A DNA stretch of 32,000 bases from an uncultured Candidatus Saccharibacteria bacterium (GTDB lineage Bacteria; Patescibacteriota; UBA1384; XYA2-FULL-43-10; 1-14-0-10-43-13). This document shows positions 16,068 to 23,398 of the stretch, in pieces; positions within the stretch are counted from its first letter, which is position 1; each line of letters begins with the position of its first letter. The position numbers were made by a program, and so were the translations under genes. The stretch is from positions 630,001-662,000 of the forward strand of contig CAZIYE010000001.1 in NCBI GenBank assembly GCA_964543385.1, read 5' to 3'. The notes under the pieces were generated by a model. It worked only from the letters and a program-made list of their open reading frames with translations, did no database searches and was not told the DNA's origin.

Positions 16068-16304
16068 TAATAGCAATTCTAGCAAAAAAAATGACTTCTG
16101 TAAATAAACCTATCTACTAGGATGAATAAGCTAGGAGTATGGCAGATATAAACATGTCATACCAGTTGACTCTTTTGCGGTCAGAGAGATGGTTTGCCTC
16201 AAAAGCATTCATCTTACTCCTTTCTTCGGTAATGACTTTGGAGACCTATTTTACCTCTTGGTCAATAGATGTCAAGAAAAATATATAGATATTACATCTC
16301 TCTA

Positions 16305-16354
16305 TTGACATACAATCCATCTAGGATTATAGTTCAAATGTTATTGAACTATAA
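16305..16354 (+). promoter_or_regulatory. Sigma-70 promoter overlapped by an 11-6-11 inverted repeat, a candidate ArsR operator
   Basis: TTGACA (16305-16310), 17-nt spacer, TATAGT (16328-16333). TTATAGTTCAA (16327-16337) pairs with TTGAACTATAA (16344-16354), covering the -10 element and the likely transcription start. Confidence 0.65.
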
Positions 16355-16371
16355 ATATTATAGTAGATATT

Positions 16372-16644
16372 ATGAATAATAAAATAGAAGAATTATCTTT
16401 TTTGATAAACGAAAACAAGCTAAGAGTTATCTCGGCAATCTACAAATGTACTAAGGATGTCTGCGCTTGCAATTTAGTTGATAATCTTGGCATGCCTAAG
16501 AACCTTCTTTCGTATCACATAAAAACTTTGAGAGAAGCAGGATTTATAGAAGAGGTTAAATGTGGTCGTTTTAAAAATTATTGCATATCGAAAAATAAAA
16601 TTAATAGAATCAAACAAATCTTAGAATTAGTTGAAATGTTATAA
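16372..16644 (+). CDS. arsR: ArsR/SmtB-family metalloregulatory transcriptional repressor
   Basis: Winged HTH (LLSYHIKTLREAGFIEE) with a CAC pair (DVCACNLVD) at the position of the ArsR ELCVCDL metal site. 90 aa. Confidence 0.85.
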   Translation: MNNKIEELSFLINENKLRVISAIYKCTKDVCACNLVDNLGMPKNLLSYHIKTLREAGFIEEVKCGRFKNYCISKNKINRIKQILELVEML

Positions 16645-16652
16645 GGAGGTCA

Positions 16653-17882
16653 ATGAAAAAAGATCAGACTTTTATGATTATTAAAGAAAGAGTAAATCAG
16701 GTCGGAAATATTTTAAATCTTAGTGATAAAGAGATCAATCTGCTTCTATCTCCCAAGAGGATTGCAAAGGGTAATCTAGTCGTTGAGGGTGAGAAAATCC
16801 CTGCTTGGCGGATTCTATATAATAATGCGCTTGGTCCTGGCAAAGGCGGAATTCGTTTCCATCCTGAGGCCAGTAAAGACGAAGTCGAATCGCTAGCCTT
16901 TTGGATGACTCTGAAGAATTCGCTTGTAGGATTACCATACGGTGGTGCTAAAGGTGGTGTAAGATTCAATCCAAAGGGTAAAAGTAAGGAATACTTAGAG
17001 AAGGTTAGCAGAGCTTATATCGATAAATTTTATCCTTTCTTGGGAGAAAATATTGATATTCCGGCCCCTGATGTTTATACAAATCCCCAGGTAATGGCTT
17101 GGATGCTCGATGAATATGAGAAAAAAGTTGGTCATCATGCGCCTGCCATGATTACGGGAAAGCCAATAGAACTTGGCGGACTTCAACTCCGAGCGGACTC
17201 TACGGCAAAAGGTGGCAAGATAATTTTAGAAGAAGTAATTCATCACGACGGGATTGGGAAGAATCCAACAATTGCTATACAGGGATTTGGAAATGCCGGT
17301 TATAATATTGCAAGGATGCTTGATAGTGATGAATTTAAAATCATTGCTGTAAGTGACAGCAAAGGTGGTATTTATGATAAAAATGGTTTAGACATCAAAC
17401 GGGTTTCTGAAATTAAAATAAAAACAGGTACAGTTACTAGCTATAAGGCGAAAAATATCTCAAACAATGATCTCTTGGAACTTCCTGTTGATATTCTAAT
17501 ATTAGCTGCTTTGGAAAATCAGATTACCAAGGAAAATGCTGGGAGAGTAAAAGCTAAATATATAATAGAGTTAGCAAACGGGCCAGTTGATTTCGAAGGA
17601 GATAAAATTCTGGACGAGAGAGGAATTATCGTTGTTCCGGACATATTGGCAAATGCCGGTGGCGTGATCGTTTCATATTTTGAGTGGGCTCAGAACAAAA
17701 CTGGCAATATCATGGACCATGACTATCTTAGTCAAAAACTATTTTTAACCCTCGAGAGTGCCTGGCATCAAGTTTATGAGCTTTATAAAGATAATGAAGG
17801 CATAGATCTAAGGACCGCGGCATACATTATCGCTATAAAAAGAGTCCTAGAGGCCGAAAGATCAAGAGGCAATTTAAAATAG
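16653..17882 (+). CDS. gdh: Glutamate dehydrogenase (Glu/Leu/Phe/Val dehydrogenase family)
   Basis: GPGKGGIRFHP, GGAKGG and GFGNAG dinucleotide motifs. 409 aa. 8 nt downstream of arsR. Confidence 0.92.
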   Translation: MKKDQTFMIIKERVNQVGNILNLSDKEINLLLSPKRIAKGNLVVEGEKIPAWRILYNNALGPGKGGIRFHPEASKDEVESLAFWMTLKNSLVGLPYGGAKGGVRFNPKGKSKEYLEKVSRAYIDKFYPFLGENIDIPAPDVYTNPQVMAWMLDEYEKKVGHHAPAMITGKPIELGGLQLRADSTAKGGKIILEEVIHHDGIGKNPTIAIQGFGNAGYNIARMLDSDEFKIIAVSDSKGGIYDKNGLDIKRVSEIKIKTGTVTSYKAKNISNNDLLELPVDILILAALENQITKENAGRVKAKYIIELANGPVDFEGDKILDERGIIVVPDILANAGGVIVSYFEWAQNKTGNIMDHDYLSQKLFLTLESAWHQVYELYKDNEGIDLRTAAYIIAIKRVLEAERSRGNLK

Positions 17883-17954
17883 CTGGTAATTGCTAAAAGA
17901 GACAGCGAACTATATAATTGTTGTATAAACATTAGCTTATTGACTTGGAGGGAA

Positions 17955-18830
17955 ATGAAGCCTATTTGGGTTGTTCTAATCACAGTTCTCGCGACTGCTG
18001 TTTTGGTCGGTGGTGGCACTTATTATTTTCTTAATCAAAAATTGGAAAAAGATAAGACTTCTTTACAAAAACAGATAGATGATTTAAAAGAGGTGACTGT
18101 AACTGCAGATACAGCAGATGCTGCTATTGTTGATACTACTTCCGCTCCAGTTGTCGATGTGACAGCTGATTGGAAAAACTTTACAGATAATACTCATTCG
18201 TTGAGTTTTAAATATCCAGCCACATGGGGGATGAAGTCCAGCCAAGATGCTAAGAAAAATGAAGAAGAAATGGTCTATGTCGATCAAAGCATAACAGTAC
18301 TCAGTAATGGAAAAACTGAAGAAAATAGCAATATCGGTTTGACTTATACATATATTACCAATATATCTGACTATGATAAGAACATCGTAGCGCATAACAA
18401 AGACATCGATGAGCTGCTAAGTGTATATAACAATAAAGAAGTTGGTGCTAATACTGCAAAAGAGAATATTTGGTTGCCATCTTCAAATGCGGCTATCATC
18501 GCAACTTCTAGTCCAGAGTATATAGAATCAAAGGACGGTACTTTTCGTGGGATTGTCTATTTCGCCAATATCGGCCAAGGTTTTAGTACGGGTTTGGATT
18601 GTGTAATAGTGATGACAAATGGCAAAAAAATATTCCAATTGCATTCTAGCGGAGGATCTGTAAAATCAGATTATTATAAGGGGATATTCTCTGGCGATGC
18701 AGTAGTCTCTGAGAAGTTAATCCAAGAGTTTTTCACATATATTAAGACACTTACATCAAAGAATGTAGAGGAAACAGTAATAAAAGATTACAACGATATC
18801 TATAAAAATATTGCTCTAAGCTTAAAATAA
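17955..18830 (+). CDS. Hypothetical N-terminally anchored or secreted protein (paralog A)
   Basis: Start set to ATG 17955, with GGAGG at 17947-17951. It has a TM helix, a coiled LQKQIDDLK segment, then ADWKNFTD...SFKYPATW shared with the next gene. Confidence 0.7.
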   Translation: MKPIWVVLITVLATAVLVGGGTYYFLNQKLEKDKTSLQKQIDDLKEVTVTADTADAAIVDTTSAPVVDVTADWKNFTDNTHSLSFKYPATWGMKSSQDAKKNEEEMVYVDQSITVLSNGKTEENSNIGLTYTYITNISDYDKNIVAHNKDIDELLSVYNNKEVGANTAKENIWLPSSNAAIIATSSPEYIESKDGTFRGIVYFANIGQGFSTGLDCVIVMTNGKKIFQLHSSGGSVKSDYYKGIFSGDAVVSEKLIQEFFTYIKTLTSKNVEETVIKDYNDIYKNIALSLK

Positions 18831-18854
18831 CAAAAGATAAAAAAAGGAAGTTAG

Positions 18855-19490
18855 ATGAAAACCTGGCTATTGGTGCTAATTACAGTCATAGTGACTGGTG
18901 GTGCCGTCGGAGGGGGAATTTACTATTATCTAGATCAGAATTCTGACAAAGATATCGCGGCTTTGCAAACACAGCTCGATGCGCTTAAAAAACCGGCTGC
19001 TACTACTGTTGTAGATTCAACTGCTGATTGGAAGACATATACGAGCACAAAATATGGTTTTTCTGCAAAATATCCCAAGGACTGGACTGTTGTTGACTCT
19101 GCAGACAATAATGTTTCTTTCAGGAGTGCCGACACAGCCGCAAAGTTCAAAGAAATCGCCGACAGTAATATAGCCGTTGGTGGTCCAACGAGCGATATGG
19201 TAGTCGCCTATTATCCTACTATCAAAGATGCCGATGTAAATGCAGTCAAATCCGCCAAGACTATCGCAGATCTCGCAAACGATAAGGGTGCAGCTAGATC
19301 AGGCGCCACAAAAATTACGTTTGCTGGCGGCGAAGCTTACGAAGATATTATGGCAGGAATGACCTCAGTTTATGAGATATTGGCAGGGAACAATAATCAT
19401 GTTTATAGTTTGACTTTTAACGTCGAAACAAAAGCCGAATTGACAGCAACACAGAAATTGATTATTTCTAACTTCACTTTCACTAAATAG
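18855..19490 (+). CDS. Hypothetical N-terminally anchored or secreted protein (paralog B)
   Basis: Same N-terminal architecture: MKTWLLVLITVIVTGGAVGGGIYYYL, LQTQLDALKK, ADWKTYTS...SAKYPKDW. A terminator follows. Confidence 0.7.
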   Translation: MKTWLLVLITVIVTGGAVGGGIYYYLDQNSDKDIAALQTQLDALKKPAATTVVDSTADWKTYTSTKYGFSAKYPKDWTVVDSADNNVSFRSADTAAKFKEIADSNIAVGGPTSDMVVAYYPTIKDADVNAVKSAKTIADLANDKGAARSGATKITFAGGEAYEDIMAGMTSVYEILAGNNNHVYSLTFNVETKAELTATQKLIISNFTFTK

Positions 19491-19507
19491 CTGATCCAAA
19501 ATATATA

Positions 19508-19539
19508 AAAAGCGCCCGAGCTTTGAAGGGCGCTTTTTA
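19508..19539. terminator. Rho-independent terminator, potentially bidirectional
   Basis: AGCGCCC (19511-19517) pairs with GGGCGCT (19528-19534). The stem is flanked by an A-run and a T-run. Confidence 0.8.
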
Positions 19540-19658
19540 TAATCAGTTGAATTACTGTTTACTTTCAACTTGGCAAATCACATGGAATGCCCATACTATT
19601 ATGATACCTGTTATAATGTAGTTGATTAATGTTGCCATAATCAAAATATAATTCTTAG

Positions 19659-20078
19659 TTATTTTTCTTTCTCGGTTTCTTCATCTTCTTCTGTTGATTT
19701 TTCAATCTCTTCTTCCTCGATTGCACTGCGGCATATATCGGCGCAGTTACGGCAAACAAGAGCACAGTTTTTCATGTGTTCATCATTAAATAATGTTTTA
19801 CAGGATTCGGCGCAGTCATCACATATAAAAGCACAAATACTGAGGAGATCACCGGCATACTCTGAACCACGAATTACAAAGTTTTCTGCTACGATACATA
19901 TCTCTGCGCAATCCAAGAGCCAAAGAACATGCTCTTTTTTGGCAAAGTCTCCACCTTCGTCCAAGGAGTGCATTACTCCCTCTAAACAACTTTCATGGCA
20001 TTGCGCTAGATTTGCCAGCAAACTCCTATCTTCAGCATCAATTTCCATGTCATTTGCATCCATTTTTTCTTTTTCCAT
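19659..20078 (-). CDS. Cys-rich four-helix-bundle protein (DUF326, YhjQ/Csp3-like putative copper-binding protein) with an acidic C-terminal tail
   Basis: Repeated Cys-spacing pattern (CHESC, CAEIC, CAFICDDCAESC, CALVCRNCADIC). The tail is EEEEIEKSTEEDEETEKEK. Confidence 0.75.
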   Translation of the reverse strand: MEKEKMDANDMEIDAEDRSLLANLAQCHESCLEGVMHSLDEGGDFAKKEHVLWLLDCAEICIVAENFVIRGSEYAGDLLSICAFICDDCAESCKTLFNDEHMKNCALVCRNCADICRSAIEEEEIEKSTEEDEETEKEK

Positions 20079-20219
20079 ATTTCTCCTTGTGATAATTATC
20101 TCGATTGACTCTTAATTTACCGAAGAATATCGATAGCAAATATATAAGAAAATCTAGAAATTAGGCATTTATGGAGCAAAAAGTCATAGGAAAGTTAGAA
20201 GTAAAAGTATTCGCAAACA

Positions 20220-20636
20220 GTGACCATAATAAATATGCAAAGTATATTTGAGACACTTCAAGATTCTTTAGATTTCAATCAGCTCCTAAAAGCCATCAAT
20301 GAAACAAATTACTGGGAGATTTTTAATGGTAAGGGGCCCTTTACTCTTTTTGCACCAAATGATGAAGCTTTTGAAAATCTACCAGATAATCATTTCACTA
20401 AACTTTTTTGGAATAAGAGCAACCTAGCAGATATTATCAGTCAGCATGTAGTGATCGGGAGGTTGAAGGTTACTGATCTCCTCAAAATGGATGAGGTTTC
20501 AAATTTAAACAATAGAACTCTGGCTACCGAGAGATATAACGAAGGTTTTATCGTTGGCGGGGCCAAAATAATTAGAGGAGATATAGAATGCCTAAATGGC
20601 ATCATTCATGAAATTGATTTAGTGCTAATGCCCTAA
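20220..20636 (+). CDS. Fasciclin (FAS1) domain protein
   Basis: GPFTLFAPNDEAF and NGIIHEIDLVLMP are the conserved H1/H2-type FAS1 motifs. The start is uncertain (GTG 20220 or ATG 20235), neither has a clear SD, and there is no signal peptide. Confidence 0.8.
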   Translation: MTIINMQSIFETLQDSLDFNQLLKAINETNYWEIFNGKGPFTLFAPNDEAFENLPDNHFTKLFWNKSNLADIISQHVVIGRLKVTDLLKMDEVSNLNNRTLATERYNEGFIVGGAKIIRGDIECLNGIIHEIDLVLMP

Positions 20637-20679
20637 CCGTTTGGAGTTGAAGGTTTTCATTGGTATAATCTAAGACAAG

Positions 20680-21165
20680 ATGGAAATCATTGTCTTTATT
20701 TTTTTACTGATAGTATTGCTTATTGGCTTTTTGGGGATAATGTTTCCTGTCCTCCCAGGATTGCCTTTTATGTTTTGTGCGGTTTTGGTTTATGCAATAT
20801 TTGATCATTTCAATCATGTTTCTGGCAATGAATTAATTATACTCGGAATATTCGCAGCAATTTCTCTTCTTGTTGATTATTTAGCAGGTGCCTTAGGGGC
20901 AAAAATGTTTGGTGCTTCAGCTAAAGGTACAGTAGGTGGTATAGTCGGGTCTATTATCGGCTTGTTGCTCTTCCCGCCGTTAGGAATATTCATCGGTCTT
21001 GCTTTGGGCGTCCTTATTACGGAACTAGTATTCGCTAAGAAAACTATTAAAGAGTCGACAAAAATCACTACAGGAGCGCTATTGGGAGCACTAGCTGGAA
21101 TAGTGATTAATCTTATTGTAGGCTTAGCTTTTCTAATTACATTCATAATCTCTTATTGGAACTAA
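20680..21165 (+). CDS. DUF456-family membrane protein
   Basis: Four hydrophobic segments. PVLPGLPFMF and DYLAGALGAKMFGAS are typical of DUF456/YqgC-like proteins (from memory). Confidence 0.65.
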   Translation: MEIIVFIFLLIVLLIGFLGIMFPVLPGLPFMFCAVLVYAIFDHFNHVSGNELIILGIFAAISLLVDYLAGALGAKMFGASAKGTVGGIVGSIIGLLLFPPLGIFIGLALGVLITELVFAKKTIKESTKITTGALLGALAGIVINLIVGLAFLITFIISYWN

Positions 21166-23055
21166 ATGAATTTCAAGAAAGAAAAAGTTATTTTCGCAAT
21201 TTCGGGTGTTGCCGGTGCTGGCAAAGATACTTTACTCGATTTTTTGCGAGAAAAGGGTTGTGCTATTTCCGTTTCTTATACCGATAGGCAAGCGAGAGAA
21301 GGAGAAATCGACGGCAAATCTTACAACTTTATTTCTGAAGAAGAATTTACAAAAGCAGTCGAAAACGGTGAATTCATAGAGTGGGAGAGAACAAGAGGGG
21401 AAATCCGTTACGGCAAGATGAAAAGTGAATTTGAATCTGCCTTAAATTCCGGTAAGACTTCGGTAATGCAAATAGATGTTCTGGGAGCCCAAAAATTCAA
21501 AAAGATGGGCTATGAGATAGTAACCATTTTTGTTATTCCTCCAAGTCTGGAAGAGGCGATGAATCGTTTAAAAGTTCGAAACACTGATACAGAAGATCAG
21601 CTAAAAATCAGAGTTGAACGTTATGAGCTCGAAATGTCTTACAAAGATAAATATGATCATGTTGTTGTAAATGATGATTTGGAAAAAGCAAAACAAGAGA
21701 TTTTGGATATAGTAGAAAAAGAGTCAAAGAAATTTGAAAAGAAAAAGAGACTGACCGAGATTGTTAGAAACTCTTATGTAATTCTCTCTTTATTTGCAGT
21801 GATTGGATTTGGTTTTTTTCAGTCTTATCAATATGAGAAGACTTCTATTACAAAAAGACTGACGACGCTGCAGGTCGAACCCCCTAAAGAAGAAGTAAAT
21901 AACGTAGTGGAAACCCCTCCGGAGGAAATAAAAAAAGAAACTCCAGTAGTGATAACTCCGGTAGTAAAGCCGCCGTCAAAAGAAGTCAAAAAGAAAATTG
22001 CAGCTAGTCCCCCCAAATATACGCCACCGCCACAAAATGTTGTAGGTGAGACTAAAACAAATAGTGATGGATCTACAACGACGGCTGTATCGACAGGCGG
22101 TGAAGTCAATGACTCTGATCTCCAAAAAATTGCCCAGTCAGAAGTCCAAGCTAGTACGCCTCTAGATATTCCTTATAACGACGAGACCACTAGATTTGCC
22201 GATCTAAAACCTATTCTATTGAACTACATGAATTCTGTTTTGAAGTGGAAGGACGAGGTCAAGGAGCTAAAGGAAATAGCCATAAGAGATGCAGGAGCTA
22301 GTGGCTGGCTTGGCGTTTACCAAGGTAATTACATCCAGGAGGCTGATGATGGCAAGATTAGTGGTTCCGGAATGATAGTCATAAATACTTACTATATAGA
22401 AAGAGATTATTGTGCCGGAGACCGTGATTTTGATGGATGCGAGGGGGAATATGCAAAATATATTCTAGCTCATGAATATGGTCATCACTACACGATATAC
22501 CACAAACTTGTAGATTGGGGATTACTGCCAAATGAACGTTTTCCTGACAGTTATTATAATACTAGACCTTTGAGCAAAACTTCGACTGCGACAGACTACT
22601 CTTTGGGTTGGCAAAATTGCGAAGCAGAAATTATAGCCGAGGATTATTCATATTTTTATTCAGGTTATGGTCTGCATCGCATGTCTGGTACATATGGCAA
22701 TCCATCTCTACTTACAAAAAATTGGCTTGACAATATCGGTAGTCCTGCGCCAACATTTACTATCATCTCTCCTGAAGGCGGTGCTAATCTGGCTGGCAAT
22801 ATAACGTTAAAAATTGAGGCGGCTAGCAACTCCGCTATACAAAACGTCTTATTTTATATTGGTGATAATCTGATAAGTCTTCCTGATAATAAGTCCCTTG
22901 AAATAATAATTGACACAACCGCTTATGCTAATGGTGGGTACGTCCTTAAAGCTGTTGTCGATAACGGAATCTTATCCACAACAAAAGAAATAAATGTGAC
23001 TATCTATAATGTTCCTCCTGCTGAAACTCCGCCGCCTACTACAGAGATACCTTGA
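21166..23055 (+). CDS. gmk: Guanylate kinase domain fused through one TM helix and a Pro/Lys-rich linker to an extracytoplasmic HExxH-containing domain and an Ig-like domain
   Basis: Residues 1 to about 185: P-loop GVAGAGKDT, SYTDRQAREGEIDGKSYNF, IDVLGAQ, IFVIPPS...RL. TM at about residues 203-220. HEYGH at residues 436-440 (nt 22471-22485). The C-terminal beta domain is about residues 525-615. Confidence 0.8.
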   Translation: MNFKKEKVIFAISGVAGAGKDTLLDFLREKGCAISVSYTDRQAREGEIDGKSYNFISEEEFTKAVENGEFIEWERTRGEIRYGKMKSEFESALNSGKTSVMQIDVLGAQKFKKMGYEIVTIFVIPPSLEEAMNRLKVRNTDTEDQLKIRVERYELEMSYKDKYDHVVVNDDLEKAKQEILDIVEKESKKFEKKKRLTEIVRNSYVILSLFAVIGFGFFQSYQYEKTSITKRLTTLQVEPPKEEVNNVVETPPEEIKKETPVVITPVVKPPSKEVKKKIAASPPKYTPPPQNVVGETKTNSDGSTTTAVSTGGEVNDSDLQKIAQSEVQASTPLDIPYNDETTRFADLKPILLNYMNSVLKWKDEVKELKEIAIRDAGASGWLGVYQGNYIQEADDGKISGSGMIVINTYYIERDYCAGDRDFDGCEGEYAKYILAHEYGHHYTIYHKLVDWGLLPNERFPDSYYNTRPLSKTSTATDYSLGWQNCEAEIIAEDYSYFYSGYGLHRMSGTYGNPSLLTKNWLDNIGSPAPTFTIISPEGGANLAGNITLKIEAASNSAIQNVLFYIGDNLISLPDNKSLEIIIDTTAYANGGYVLKAVVDNGILSTTKEINVTIYNVPPAETPPPTTEIP

Positions 23056-23163
23056 TGGGCTGGATAAAAAAAGTAAGCATATAAGAAATATATGTTTATA
23101 AATAATAAAGAAACTATCTCCTAGACTAGCAATATCAAGTTGTTGATAAATAAAGTTCTCTAA

Positions 23164-23212
23164 CCACTACATATAGTGTTTTAGTCTACCACTTTGCCAC
23201 TACATATAGTGG
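23164..23212 (+). promoter_or_regulatory. Tandem NrdR boxes upstream of nrdD
   Basis: CCACTACATATAGTGT (23164-23179) and CCACTACATATAGTGG (23197-23212). Both are 16-nt palindromic boxes, with starts 33 nt apart. Both resemble the NrdR-box consensus as I recall it (acaCwAtATaTwgtgt). Confidence 0.8.
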
Positions 23213-23398
23213 TTAATTCTTTTGAAACTATTGACCGAACAAATGGCGAATAGTAACATATTAATTACCGAAAAAATGTTGTTAAGCTGTTCAATCAGCG
23301 GTGAGAAAGCGTTAAGAATTGGCCGTTCTAACCAAATTTTCTCTCCCTGATGAATGACCGGTAACAACTGGTAATTATTAAAAATCTGGAGGGCCTAA

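Noticed and set aside
19560-19646. 28-codon hydrophobic ORF (MATLINYIITGIIIVWAFHVICQVESKQ) on the minus strand downstream of the Cys-rich protein gene
   Set aside because: No SD-like sequence precedes the ATG and the region is very AT-rich. It cannot be distinguished from chance without conservation data.
20171-20251. 26-codon ORF upstream of and overlapping the FAS1 gene start, considered as a frameshifted signal peptide
   Set aside because: The peptide (MEQKVIGKLEVKVFANSDHNKYAKYI) is not signal-peptide-like, and the FAS1 domain is complete without it. There is no evidence of a frameshift.
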